Origin: an uncultured Planctomycetaceae bacterium | Lineage (GTDB): Bacteria; Planctomycetota; Planctomycetia; Pirellulales; PALSA-1355 | Direction: 5' to 3' | NCBI GenBank assembly: GCA_963785305.1 | Contig: CAWAUV010000005.1 | Location: forward strand, 32,001 to 96,000 | Length of the DNA: 64,000 nucleotides | Shown here: positions 43,426-53,903 of the stretch, one piece after another | Layout of the letters: each line of letters begins with the position of its first letter | Numbering within the stretch: the stretch's first letter is position 1 | Notes under the pieces: model-generated | The model's database searches: none | What the model was told of the DNA's origin: nothing | What the model saw: only the letters and a program-made list of their open reading frames with translations | Program-made: the position numbers and the translations under genes

Positions 43426-43704
43426 TCACGAGTCGCTGGAAAACCGGTAGCCGCTGGCTTCGTCGCTCGCTTCGGTGGCTTCGCCGAGTTCGGCGAGCAT
43501 CGCCAATTGCTCGGCCGCTTGGGTGGCGCTGATCTTGCTCATGGCAAAGCCCACATGCACGAGCACCCAATCGCCGAGGCGCGGCGGATCGTCGCACAGG
43601 AGCGCCATGTTCACGCGGCGGCGCACGCCCATGATGTCGACCATGGCAAGCTGCGTGGCGTCGTCGAACAGCTCGCTCACTTGAGCCGGTATCGCGAGAC
43701 ACAT
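43426..43704 (-). CDS. hypC: Hydrogenase chaperone HypC
   Basis: MCLAIP, GDWVLVHVGFAM. Confidence 0.95.
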   Translation of the reverse strand: MCLAIPAQVSELFDDATQLAMVDIMGVRRRVNMALLCDDPPRLGDWVLVHVGFAMSKISATQAAEQLAMLAELGEATEASDEASGYRFSSDS

Positions 43705-44005
43705 GAGAAGAAACTTTCAACGAGTCGAACAATTGCAATGGGCGGACGAATGATATCCGACGAGCGGGGACGACGTTGAGCATCCCGGGCGCCATGCATC
43801 GCGTGAACCACCAATGCCGATTGTTCGGCGTAAACCGGCCGGCGTCAAGCAACCGGCAAGATCGCGTTGCGATATCGGCGTCGGCGGCGATTTTCTCGCC
43901 GCGCAAGGGATTCCCTATTTGGCGCCTTCGGAAGCTATTCGTGATGAATATTGGCGCTTCGAGATTGTGAATTTATTCCCGCGCTTCGAATGTCGAAGAA
44001 TTGAT

Positions 44006-44033
44006 TTGACTCACTTCGGGTAAAGCGTATGAT
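44006..44033 (+). promoter_or_regulatory. Putative sigma-70 promoter for hypAB
   Basis: TTGACT (44006-44011), 16-nt spacer, TATGAT (44028-44033), 75 nt before hypA ATG. Confidence 0.55.
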
Positions 44034-44108
44034 GCGCACAACCGTACGCTCCACGCCCGGCGCCGGCTCGCCCAAGACTCTTACAACCGCCCCTGGAGCT
44101 GGCTCGTC

Positions 44109-44529
44109 ATGCACGAATTATCGATTGCGCAAAGCTTGATCGAAGCAGCTTGCGAAGCGGCAAATCGAGAAGCCCCCGCCAGTGGCGCCGCGGCGAGGCA
44201 CACCGCCGTTGGCGCCGATCTTCCCGGCGGTCTTTTAGTCACGCGAATCACGGTGCGAATCGGCGCTCTTTCGGGTGTCGTGGCGGAGGCCCTGCGGTTC
44301 TCATTCGAGTTGGCCGCCGAAGACACGCTCTGCGCCGGAGCGGCGCTCGAGATCGAGCATGTGCCCGCCCAGGGGCGCTGCGAGACGCTGCCAAGAACAG
44401 TTCACCCTCGACGATCGCTTTCATCGCGTTTGTCCCGATTGTGGATCCGTGGCCGTGGCGATTGTCGCCGGCCGGGAATTGGAACTCGTTTCGCTGGAGC
44501 TCGGGCGCCATGCAACCGCGGATTGTTGA
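44109..44529 (+). CDS. hypA: Nickel metallochaperone HypA (frameshift near 44385)
   Basis: MHELSIA, IGALSGVVAEALRFSF, then C..CQE...CPDCG...GRELELVSLE in the adjacent frame. Confidence 0.92.
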
Positions 44530-45278
44530 GCTGCGCACGAAAATCCTGAAGAAGAACGACGAGCTGGCCCGCTCGCTCCGCGCCGACTTCGCCGCCTGGG
44601 GCGTGCATGTGTCGAACGTCGTTTCCGGCCCGGGCGCCGGGAAGACGGAACTGCTTACCTCGACGCTGCGGCGCCTAGCCCAGTTTCGCCCGGCGGCGGT
44701 CGTGGGCGATCTTGCCACGGAAAACGACGCTAATCGGCTCGCCGCGAGCGGGGCGCCGGTCAAGCAGATTCTTACCGGCGCCATGTGCCACCTCGAGGCC
44801 GACATGGTGCGGGCCGCGATCTCGGATTGGGACCTCGCGGCGCATGATTATCTGTTTATCGAAAACGTCGGCAATCTGGTTTGCCCCTCGAGTTGGGACC
44901 TGGGCGAAGATATCCGGGTGCTGCTGATGGCGGTGACCGAAGGCGAAGACAAGCCGCTCAAGTACCCGACGCTCATCAATTCCTGCGACGTCGTGATTCT
45001 CAGCAAAATGGACTTGGCCGCGGCCGTGGGATTCGATCTGCCGCTGGCGCTCGCGAACATCGAGCGCATGCGGCCGGGAATCGCGGTGCTGCAAGTCTGC
45101 GCGCACCGGCCAGGGAATGGAAGCTTGGATCGAACTGCTCAAGAAGCGCCGCGAGGAAAAGCTCGGTTCACCGAGATCGGGCAAACCGGCGCCAGCGCCA
45201 AGTCCGCGCGATTCGCGCCGAAACGATTCGCTCAAAAATGATTCGCGTCGGAACGATTCGTGGCTGACGCGCGCCTAA
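44510..45278 (+). CDS. hypB: Nickel incorporation GTPase HypB (frameshift near 45095)
   Basis: KILKKND, SGPGAGKT, GDLATENDA, CHLEA, IENVGNLVCP, EGEDKPLKYP, SKMD, then SARTGQGM..W in a shifted frame. Confidence 0.93.
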
Positions 45279-45433
45279 TCTCGAAGTCCGATACGACGAA
45301 CACCGATAGCCGACGGAACAGACAACAAACGCCCTTGCGATTGGAAAACGTGTGGCAGCGAAATTGCTGGCATTCGCCATGGCGCGGATTGGCCGAGCAG
45401 GTTTGCCGCCGCCTTGTTGAAAGGAACTTTGGC

Positions 45434-46600
45434 ATGCATTTGGGAAATGGAGCCATCACGGCGGAATGTGGGGTTGTCGCATTGGGGGTCGCGGCCGCGG
45501 GAGCGGGAGCGGCTTGGCTCGCGACACGTTCGCTGGCGCCAGATCGAATGCGCGCGCTCGGCGCCGCCGCCCTTGGCGCCACGATATTCGCCGCCCAACT
45601 TTTCAATGTGCAGATTTTGCCGTTCAGTTCCGCGCACCTCGTGGGCGGCGTGTTGCTCGCTTGGCTCTTGGGGCCGGCAATCGGGATCCTGGCCATGGCC
45701 GCGATTCTGGCCACGCAAGCCGTGCTCTTGGGCGATGGTGGACTCCTGGCCCTGGGCGTGAATCTCTTGAATATGGGCATCCTGCCGGCCTTCGGCGTGT
45801 GGCTGCTGCGCCGATCCTCGGCGAAGTCGCGCCGCGAGGCGGCGAGCGATCGCCCGGCCGCCCTGACCCTGAAAACAGCCTTCGCGCTCGGCGCCACCGC
45901 CTTCGTTTGCACGCTCGCGGGCGCCGCGGCGATCGTGGGCGAAGTGGCGATCGGCCGCTCCGGCGCCGAGCTGGCCGGCTGGAGCCAATTCGCCATGGCC
46001 ATGCTCGCGAGTCATGCGGTGGCTGGTTTGCTGGAAGCCACATTGACCGTTGCATTGGCAGCGGTCTTGGCGCAAGCCGCCGTTCGCGGCGCCGAAAAGA
46101 ACGAGCTCGCTTGGCGGTTGAGCCCGCGCATGGCGGGCGGTTTGCTGGCCGTAAGTCTCGTGGTCGCGCTGTTGAGTCTGCCGACCGTCGGCTTGGCGAG
46201 CGCCGAGCCCGACGGTTACGAATCCGCGCTCGTGCAAGTCACGAGCGCCGGCGGCGCGCTCGGGCGAATTGAAAGCGATCGCGAACTGAAGGGGCTGGCG
46301 GCGATGGCCGAATCATGGCAACAGAATACCCAATCCTGTGAAGCACGCCTCTTGTCGCACATGTTGGCCCCACGGGCGATCCTATGTGGACTCGCGACGC
46401 TCGTGGCCGCGACGTTCGTCGGTTCGCTCTCGCGCCTCCGGCCGCCGCCCGGTCGCGAGCCAACATCTCAAGAGCCAACAAACCGCGACCGACGCGGCCT
46501 CCTCGGAGTTGGCCTCGATCAAATAGCGGAAACATTCTTCAAGAAGATGGGGCTCAGCTCTTCGTCGCCGCCCGAAGACAAGAAAGTGTCTTTGGCATGA
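45434..46600 (+). CDS. ECF-type Ni/Co substrate component NikM/CbiM fused to PDGLE (NikN-like) domain
   Basis: Starts MHLGNG (metal-binding Met-His N-terminus); IFAAQLFN, SAHLVGGVL, GDGGLLALGVNLLNMG, LASAEPDGYE; C-terminal end may be read-through from an indel. Confidence 0.82.
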   Translation: MHLGNGAITAECGVVALGVAAAGAGAAWLATRSLAPDRMRALGAAALGATIFAAQLFNVQILPFSSAHLVGGVLLAWLLGPAIGILAMAAILATQAVLLGDGGLLALGVNLLNMGILPAFGVWLLRRSSAKSRREAASDRPAALTLKTAFALGATAFVCTLAGAAAIVGEVAIGRSGAELAGWSQFAMAMLASHAVAGLLEATLTVALAAVLAQAAVRGAEKNELAWRLSPRMAGGLLAVSLVVALLSLPTVGLASAEPDGYESALVQVTSAGGALGRIESDRELKGLAAMAESWQQNTQSCEARLLSHMLAPRAILCGLATLVAATFVGSLSRLRPPPGREPTSQEPTNRDRRGLLGVGLDQIAETFFKKMGLSSSSPPEDKKVSLA

Positions 46601-46762
46601 TTGGCATAAAACTCGCGGCCGCGTTTACGAAATCGCGACCCGTCAACTCCCGGGGAATTCACTCCGCCGACATTCATACCGACAACGGCAGTCGAATGTG
46701 ACACGAGGATCGTCGGCGCCATGAAGCATTTCAGGCCACCTTAACACGAGCGAGGTCGAGCC

Positions 46763-47828
46763 ATGATCGAAGCAGCCGCGCCCCACGGACGCAAGACGCA
46801 ACGCGAGCCCGCCGTGAAGGAAATCCATATTCTATGGATAACCGCCGGCCTGGGGTGCGATGGCGATTCGGTGTCGATCACCGCCGCCACGCAGCCAAGC
46901 ATCGAGGATGTGGTGATGGGCGCGATTCCGGGTTTGCCGAAAGTGCATCTGCACAACCCGGTGTTGGCCTATGAAGTGGGCGACGACTTCATGAAGCCCT
47001 GGTATCTGGCCGAGAAAGGGCAGCTCGACCCGTTCGTGCTCGTGGTCGAAGGATCGATCCCCAACGAAAAAATCAAGAAGGAAGGCTACTGGGCCGCGCT
47101 GGGCACGACCGCCGAAACCGGCCAGCCGATCACTACCTGCGAATGGATCGATCGGCTCGCGCCCAAGGCGCTCGCCATCGTGGCGGCGGGCACTTGCGCC
47201 ACCTTTGGCGGCATCCACGCAATGCAAGGCAACCCGACCGGCGCCATGGGGTTGGCCGATTATCTGGGCTGGCAATGGAAGTCGAAGGCCGGCTTGCCGA
47301 TCGTGAACGTGCCCGGTTGCCCGGTGCAGCCCGACAACTTCATGGAGACGCTGCTCTACTTGCTCTATCAAGTGGCTGGCCTCGCGCCGATGATTCCGCT
47401 CGACGAGCAGTTGCGGCCCAAGTGGCTCTTCGGCAAGACGGTCCACGAGGGCTGCGATCGGGCCGGGTACTACGAGCAAGGCGACTTCGCCGATCACTAC
47501 GGCTCGCCCAAGTGCATCGTCAAGCTGGGCTGCTGGGGGCCGGTGGTGAATTGCAATGTGCCGAAGCGCGGCTGGATGGCGGGCATCGGCGGGTGTCCCA
47601 ACGTGGGAGGCATTTGCATCGGCTGCACGATGCCCGGCTTTCCCGACAAGTTCATGCCGTTCATGGACGAACCGCCCGGCGGACGACTTTCGTCGACCAT
47701 CGTGCAGGTCTATGGCCTCGCTGATTCGTTCGCTCCGCTCGATCACGAACAACACCTTGAACAAAGAGCCGAAGTGGCGCCACTCAGGCCGCGAGCTCAC
47801 GACCGGTTATCGCCCCACGTCGTATTGA
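46763..47828 (+). CDS. hhyS: Group 1h [NiFe]-hydrogenase small subunit (frameshift near 47720)
   Basis: HILWITAGLGCDGDSV, GTCATFGGI, VPGCP, TVHEGCDRAGYY, KLGCWGP, GGCPNVGGICIGCTMPGFPDKF; ends NKEPKWRH...LTTGYRPTSY in ORF 47556..47828; no Tat signal. Confidence 0.93.
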
Positions 47829-47923
47829 AGTTCCGCTCATTGAAATTCCGCGTTCGCCCGGAATCGCGATATCCTCCCACTCCGATCCACGAGCCGTTCC
47901 TTTTCGACGAGGAGACCCCAACC

Positions 47924-49719
47924 GTGGCCACGATCACTCAACCTCGGCAATCTGGTTCCGGCGGTTCCTCGAATCTCGTGGAGATGCACTGGGACCCGAT
48001 AACCCGAATCGTGGGCAGCCTGGGTATATACACGAAGATCGACTTCGCGAATCGCACCGTGGCCGAGTGCCATAGCACCTCGTCGATCTTTCGCGGCTAT
48101 AGCATCTTCATGAAGGGCAAGGACCCGCGCGATGCGCACTTCATCACCAGCCGCATTTGCGGCATTTGCGGCGACAACCACGCAACGTGCGCCTGCTATG
48201 CCCAGAACATGGCATTTGGAATTCGTCCGCCCGCCATGGCCGAGTGGATCGTGAACTTGGGCGAAGCGGCCGAATACATGTTCGACCACAACATCTTTCA
48301 AGATAATTTGGTCGGAGTCGACTTCTGCGAGCAGATGGTCAAGGAGACGAACCCGGGCGTGCTCAGCAAGGCGGAAAACACGCCGGCGCCGCATGCCGAC
48401 CTGCATGGTTACAAGACCATCGCCGACATCATGCGGGCGCTCAATCCGTTCAGCGGCGCATTCTACCGCGAGACGCTGCATGTGAGCCGCTACACGCGAG
48501 AGATGTTTTGCCTGATGGAAGGGCGGCATGTGCATCCCTCGACGCTCTATCCTGGCGGCGTGGGGACCGTGCCCACGGTGCAACTTGTCACCGATTATCT
48601 CACCCGGCTGATACGCTATGTCGAGTTCATGAAGCGTTGGCTGCCGCTGCACGAAGACCTGTTCGATTTCTGGTACGAAGCCCTACCCGGCTACGAGGAA
48701 GTGGGCCGCCGCCGCATTTTGCTCGGCTGCTGGGGCTCTTTCCAAGACCCATCGGTCTGCGACTACACCTACAAGAACATGAACGCCTGGGGCAACGCGA
48801 TGTATGTCACGCCGGGCGTGGTGGTCGATGGCGAGCTCGTGACCACGAATCTCGTCGACATCAATCTGGGCATTCGCATTCTGCTCGGTAGTTCCTTCTA
48901 CGATAGTTGGGAACAAGGCGAGATGTTCGTCAAGCACGATCCGCTCGGCAATCCGGTCGACCGGAACCATCCCTGGAACCAAACCACGACGCCGCGTCCG
49001 CAAAAGCGAGACTTCGCCGGCAAATACAGTTGGGTCATGTCGCCGCGCTGGTATGATCAGCGCACCGGCGATCACCTGGCGCTCGACACCGGCGGCGGCC
49101 CGATCGCCCGCTTCTGGGCCACGGCGCTCGCCGGCAAAGTCGACACCGGCTATGTGAAAGCCACCGGCCACAGCGTGAAGATTTATCTACCCAAGACCGC
49201 GATGCTGCCCGAAGTGGAGTTCGAGTGGAAGATTCCGCGGTGGAGCAATGCAATCGAACGCGATCGGGCCCGCACCTATTTTCAAGCCTACGCCGCGGCC
49301 CAGGCGATCTACTTTTGCGAGCAAGCGCTCAAGGAACTGCATGCCGGCCGCACGAGCACCTGGACCGAATTCAACGTGCCCGACGAAGGCATCGGCTGCG
49401 GATTTCACGAGGCGGTGCGCGGGTGCTTTCGCATCATGTGGTCATTCGCAATGGCAAGATCGCGAACTACCACCCTTATCCGCCCACGCCGTGGAACGCC
49501 AATCCGCGCGACATTTACGGCACTCCCGGCCCCTACGAAGACGCGGTGCAAAACACGCCGATCTTCGAGGAAAACGGCCCCGACAATTTCAAGGGCATCG
49601 ACATCATGTGCGCCGTGCGCAGTTTCGATCCCTGCTTGCCCTGCGGTGTTCACATGTACTTGGGCAACGGCAAAACGCTCGAAACCCATCATTCGCCGAT
49701 GTTCGGAGCGCATGGCTAA
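47924..49719 (+). CDS. hhyL: Group 1h [NiFe]-hydrogenase large subunit (frameshift near 49420)
   Basis: GAGGAG RBS plus GTG; WDPITRIVGSLG, L1 TSRICGICGDNH, L2 SFDPCLPCGVH followed by a cleavable C-terminal tail. Confidence 0.95.
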
Positions 49720-49817
49720 GGGCCGCGAGCCGCGCTCGCGCGGAGTTTATCTCTCGCAGGGGCGCGGCGCGGGTCCGGCATTATTCGTGTCTTCCAACCC
49801 ATGAGAAAGCAGCGCCC

Positions 49818-50381
49818 ATGATGTCCGACCCGGCTAATTCCCAAGAAAAGCTCCAGCGGATCGACCTGATCATTCAAGAAATCGAAGCGAGCGGCGATCC
49901 GCGCCTGCGCGCCTGCGCCGTGGAATTGACTTCGTTGCTCATGGAGATTCATGGCGCCGGCCTGGCCAAGATCGTCGAAGCGCTTCGCGAATCGGGTCCC
50001 CCGGGCGAGGCGCTCGTCGAGCAATTCACCCGGGAACCGATGATCGCCGGCCTGCTGCTGCTTTATGGCTTGCATCCCACGCCGCTCTCGGTGCGCGTCC
50101 AGCAAGCGCTCGACAAGGTTCGCCCGCTCATGCGCTCGCATGGCGGCGAGGTCACGCTGCTCGAAGTGAGCGAAGAGCGAGTGCGACTGCGGCTCGAGGG
50201 CGCCTGCCACGGCTGCCCCTCCTCGCGGCAAACGATGCACAATGCGATCGAGCAAGCAATGCACGAATTTGCACCCGATATCGCCGAGCTCCATGTCGAG
50301 GGTGTGACGGCGCCGGATTCCGACTCTAAGCCCGCGGCGGGTTTTGTTTCATGGGAGCAGCTAGTCGGCGGACATGCCTAG
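49818..50381 (+). CDS. NifU-like Fe-S cluster protein of hydrogenase cluster
   Basis: LMEIHGAGL, LLLYGLHP, ALDKVRPLMRSHGGEV, GACHGCPSS. Confidence 0.88.
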   Translation: MMSDPANSQEKLQRIDLIIQEIEASGDPRLRACAVELTSLLMEIHGAGLAKIVEALRESGPPGEALVEQFTREPMIAGLLLLYGLHPTPLSVRVQQALDKVRPLMRSHGGEVTLLEVSEERVRLRLEGACHGCPSSRQTMHNAIEQAMHEFAPDIAELHVEGVTAPDSDSKPAAGFVSWEQLVGGHA

Positions 50382-50443
50382 AATCTCGCGATCATCCCCC
50401 GTGTTTCGTTGAGCCGTGCCTCGTCCTCCGGAAATCCAGCGCC

Positions 50444-51139
50444 GTGAATGAACCCCCGCCATCGACCGAGCCTCGCCCTCCCGCCTCGCGTCCGCCGCTG
50501 GCCGGCTTGCGCGGAATCATGCGTCGCCAGAGCGAAGCGAAGCCGCGCGAGCACTGCGATCTTTGCGGCGCGGGTCTCGCCGAGGAACATCGGCATTCGT
50601 TCGAAAGTCATGAGCGGCGACTCATGTGCGCTTGCGATGCTTGCGCCGTTGTTCGAAAGCAAGGCCGATGGTTCGATTCGCTGCATGCCGCGCGATAGCT
50701 TTCGCCTCGCAGATTTCGAACTTACCGACGCCCAGTGGGAGGAATTGCTGATTCCGATCAACATGGCGTTTTTTCAGCGCCTGCGCCGCCGAGGAGCATG
50801 TCACGGCGATCTATCCCAGCCCGGCCGGCCCAATGGAATCGCTCTTGCCGCTCGACGCTTGGCAAACGATCGAGTCGCGAAATCCCCTGCTCGTCGGCTT
50901 GCGACCCGACACCGAAGTCGCTCTTGGTCAATCGCCTCGGACATGCCCGCGACTTCGCGGCCCATGGCTATTATCTCGTGCCGCTGTCGACTGCTTTTGA
51001 ACTGGTGGGCTTGGTGCGCTACCACTGGCGCGGGCTCTCGGGCGGAAGCGACGTGTGGCGGGAAATCTCGCGGTTCTTCGCGAACCTCGATCGCCGCGCC
51101 ATCGTGCGCCCCCCGCGAGGCGCGCCATGCCGGATTTGA
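50444..51139 (+). CDS. DUF5947 family hydrogenase-associated protein (HhaA-like; frameshifted)
   Basis: EHCDLCG...HRH...LMCACDAC, WEELLIPINMAFF, YPSPAGPMES, FELVGLVRYHWRGLSGG..VWREI..FF across frames. Confidence 0.8.
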
Positions 51140-51798
51140 ACTTCAATGTGGTCGATGCCCAGGCCGACGCCGACGCCGCGGCGCCGCTGCTTGCCTTCGC
51201 GCTCCGCGTGACCAACAGTCGGCCGCGGGAACCGGTGCAAAGCATCGCGCTGCGAGCTCAGATTCGCATCGATTCGACCCGGCGCCGCTACTCGCCCGAG
51301 GAGCAGGCCCGGCTGGTCGATCTGTTCGGCGAGCCCGACCGCTGGAGCCGCACTCTCGGCAGCCTGCTCTGGACACATGCCCAAACAACCGTGCCCACAT
51401 TCGACGACGAGATCGTTGTGTCGCTGCCGGTCCCCTCTACATTCGATTTCAACGTGGCGGCGACCAAGTATTTCCACGGCCTTGCCGAGGGCGAGATTCC
51501 GCTTACGCTGCATTTCAGCGGGGCGGTGTTTTATCACGAGCCCGATGGCCGCTTGCAGGTTTCGCAAATTCCCTGGGATAAGGAAGCCAGCTATCGGTTG
51601 CCGGTCGCGGCGTGGCGCGAGATGATCGATCGCCATTATCCCGCGAGCGCCTGGCTGCGGCTGGGGCGAGACGCTTTCGACCGGTTGCTCGACTTCAAAT
51701 GTCGCTCCGGCATTCCCACTTGGGAGGCCGCGGTCGAGCGCTTGCTCGACGCCGCCGCGCGGCAATCGACGGCTCTGGAATCATTCACCGATCACTGA
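51127..51798 (+). CDS. DUF6084 family hydrogenase-associated protein (HhaB-like)
   Basis: MPDLNFNV, IALRAQIRI, DLFGEPDRWSRTL, DFNVAATKYF, IPWDKEA, W..MIDRHYP. Confidence 0.82.
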   Translation: MPDLNFNVVDAQADADAAAPLLAFALRVTNSRPREPVQSIALRAQIRIDSTRRRYSPEEQARLVDLFGEPDRWSRTLGSLLWTHAQTTVPTFDDEIVVSLPVPSTFDFNVAATKYFHGLAEGEIPLTLHFSGAVFYHEPDGRLQVSQIPWDKEASYRLPVAAWREMIDRHYPASAWLRLGRDAFDRLLDFKCRSGIPTWEAAVERLLDAAARQSTALESFTDH

Positions 51799-51835
51799 GG
51801 GCCGCCCCGCGCGAGGGCAGCGGAGAATTATTGCC

Positions 51836-52992
51836 ATGGACCCGATTCAAAGTGGTGATCGAGCCCGCGAAAAAATCGCGGCAAAGAGCGACGTCGATAA
51901 AATCGCCGACGCCGTGCTCTACGAGGGCTATATTCTCTATCCCTACCGGCCCACGGCGGTCAAGAATCAGCAGCGCTTCAATTTCGGCGTGCTTGCCCCG
52001 CGCGCTGGCGACGGCCGCGTGCCCGGGGCCGAGGTTTCGCGGATGCGGATCGAATGCCTGGTTCGCTCCGCGGGCAGCGGATGTCGCGTGAGCGTTCGAG
52101 CGAGGTTTCTCCAACTCGTGTCGCGCCAGATTCGGCAACGTGTTTCCCTCGCCGACGGCGCCGAACCCCAGGTGGCCGATCAACCCTGGGCCGATGCTGG
52201 CGAGAGCGATGAATCTTGCGCGACGTGCCCATGCTCGAAGTCGAGGGCCGAGTGCATTCCACTTGGCAAGAAGCGGCCGAACGCGAGGTGATGGTGCGCG
52301 ACATCGACGTGGCCGCCGCAGCGGTAGCTCCGACGAAGCAAGCGTTCGCCTGGGCGCCCAGCGCCACGCTCGAAAGCCTGCAAACCACCGCGGGCCATGT
52401 GGTCGGCCAAGTCGTGCGCCATCAAGAAGCGATCGCCGCCGAGATCGAAATCACGGCGACTCGCTTGGACGGCGATCTGTATCGGGTGCGGGCGACAATT
52501 GAAAACAGGTCCGAAAACACTTCGCCGGCCGGCGACGAGACTGCTTCCGCGGCCCGCGACATGTCACTGGCCCGGTCGATGGTGTCGACCCACGCGGTTC
52601 TCGAGCTGGCTGGCGGCGAATTCATTTCGTTGCTCGAGCCGCCCGACGATTGTCGTCAACTGGCGGCCGAGTGCCAGAACATCGGCGCGTGGCCGGTCAT
52701 GGCGGGCGACTCCGCCAAGCGCGACACGATGCTCGCCTCGCCGATCATTTTGTACGATTATCCCCAGATCGCTCCGGAGAGCGGCGGCGATTTTTGCGAT
52801 GGCGCCGAGATCGACGAAATGCTCGCCCTGCGCATCATGACCCTCACCGACGAGGAAAAACGCCAGATGCGCGATGTCGACGATCGGGCACGGGCAATCC
52901 TCGAGCGCACCGAGCTCATGCCTTCTGAACAATTCCACAAGCTACATGGCGCCATTCGCGGCCTGCGGCCCGCTTCGGAGTCGACTTCATGA
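51836..52992 (+). CDS. Conserved group 1h hydrogenase-associated protein (HhaC-like; frameshift near 52215)
   Basis: IADAVLYEGYILYPYR..AVKNQQRFNFGVL; WQEAAERE; LASPIILYDYPQIAPESGGDFCDGAEIDEML.LRIMTLTDEEK. Confidence 0.82.
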
Positions 52993-53903
52993 ACGATTGG
53001 CAATGGACGGATTTCGAGACCCGGCCGCGGCTCGAATGCGTGACGGTCGCGGGCCATGAACTTCGCGCGGGCAACCGGGTTCGGCTTTGGCCCAGGGCCC
53101 AGGCCGACATCATGGACATGGCCTTGCGCGGGAAGACCGCCACGATCGAAGCGATCGAACAAGACTACGAAGGCAAGGTCCACTTGGCGGTGGTGATCGA
53201 CGACGATCCCGGCCGCGACCTGGGCCTGCTGCGCCAAGTGGGGCATCGCTTTTTCTATTCCGCGTCGGAAATCGAGCCGCTCGGCGAAAATGGCTTGGCC
53301 GCGACGCCAGCCGAAGAAGAATCGCCCGCCGCGCCGCGGGCCGGGAATTCCCCCGTGGCCGACGAGCCCTTGCATGCGTCCACCCCGCCGGTTCGTATTC
53401 TCGTGGCCGGAATCGGCAACATTTTTTTGGGCGACGATGCATTTGGGGTCGAAGTGGCTCAAAAACTGACTCGCCGCGTTTGGCCCGAGGGGGTCGTGGT
53501 CAAGGATTTTGGCATCCGGGCGCTCGACTTGGCTTATGCGATCGAATCCGGCCCCGAGACGGTGCTGCTGATCGACGCCGCTCCGCGCGGCGGCCCGCCA
53601 GGCACGGTGTATGTGATCGAGCCCGATTTGAAGTCGCTCGCCGAGCATCCGGCGCCGGTTTCGCTCGACGCCCACACGATGAACCCGGTGGCGGTGCTGC
53701 GCATGGCTCAAAACATGACGAAAAGAATGCCTCGCTGCCTGCTGGTTGGCTGCGAGCCGGCCGACCTGGGCGACCCGGCCCTGGGCAAGATGGGCCTAAG
53801 CCCGGCGGTGGAAGAGGCTGTCGATCGAGCAGTGGATGTGGTGGCGTCGCTCGTGGACCGCATCTTGCAAGGAGCGCCAATCGGCGCGGAGTTCCATGGC
53901 TAG
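52989..53903 (+). CDS. Hydrogenase maturation protease (HybD-like) with N-terminal extra domain
   Basis: ILVAGIGNIFLGDDAFGVEV, DFGIR, LIDA, DAHTMNP, VGCEP; ~100-aa N-terminal domain (RVRLWPR..AD...HLAVVIDDDPGRDLG). Confidence 0.9.
   Translation: MNDWQWTDFETRPRLECVTVAGHELRAGNRVRLWPRAQADIMDMALRGKTATIEAIEQDYEGKVHLAVVIDDDPGRDLGLLRQVGHRFFYSASEIEPLGENGLAATPAEEESPAAPRAGNSPVADEPLHASTPPVRILVAGIGNIFLGDDAFGVEVAQKLTRRVWPEGVVVKDFGIRALDLAYAIESGPETVLLIDAAPRGGPPGTVYVIEPDLKSLAEHPAPVSLDAHTMNPVAVLRMAQNMTKRMPRCLLVGCEPADLGDPALGKMGLSPAVEEAVDRAVDVVASLVDRILQGAPIGAEFHG

Noticed and set aside
44027..44054. NikR operator (GTATGA-N16-TCATAC) at the hypA promoter
   Set aside because: Only the left half-site matches and it coincides with the -10 box; the right half is absent. 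Nearby CRP/FNR-like half-sites are also incomplete.
49620..49655. Possible [NiFeSe] hydrogenase
   Set aside because: The L2 motif uses TGC codons (DPCLPC); there is no in-frame TGA.
46763..49804. Apparent 1013-aa small-large hydrogenase subunit fusion
   Set aside because: The true small-subunit C-terminus (KEPKWRH...TTGY) lies in another frame ending at 47828, and the large subunit has a GAGGAG RBS at about 47909. Artefact of indels.
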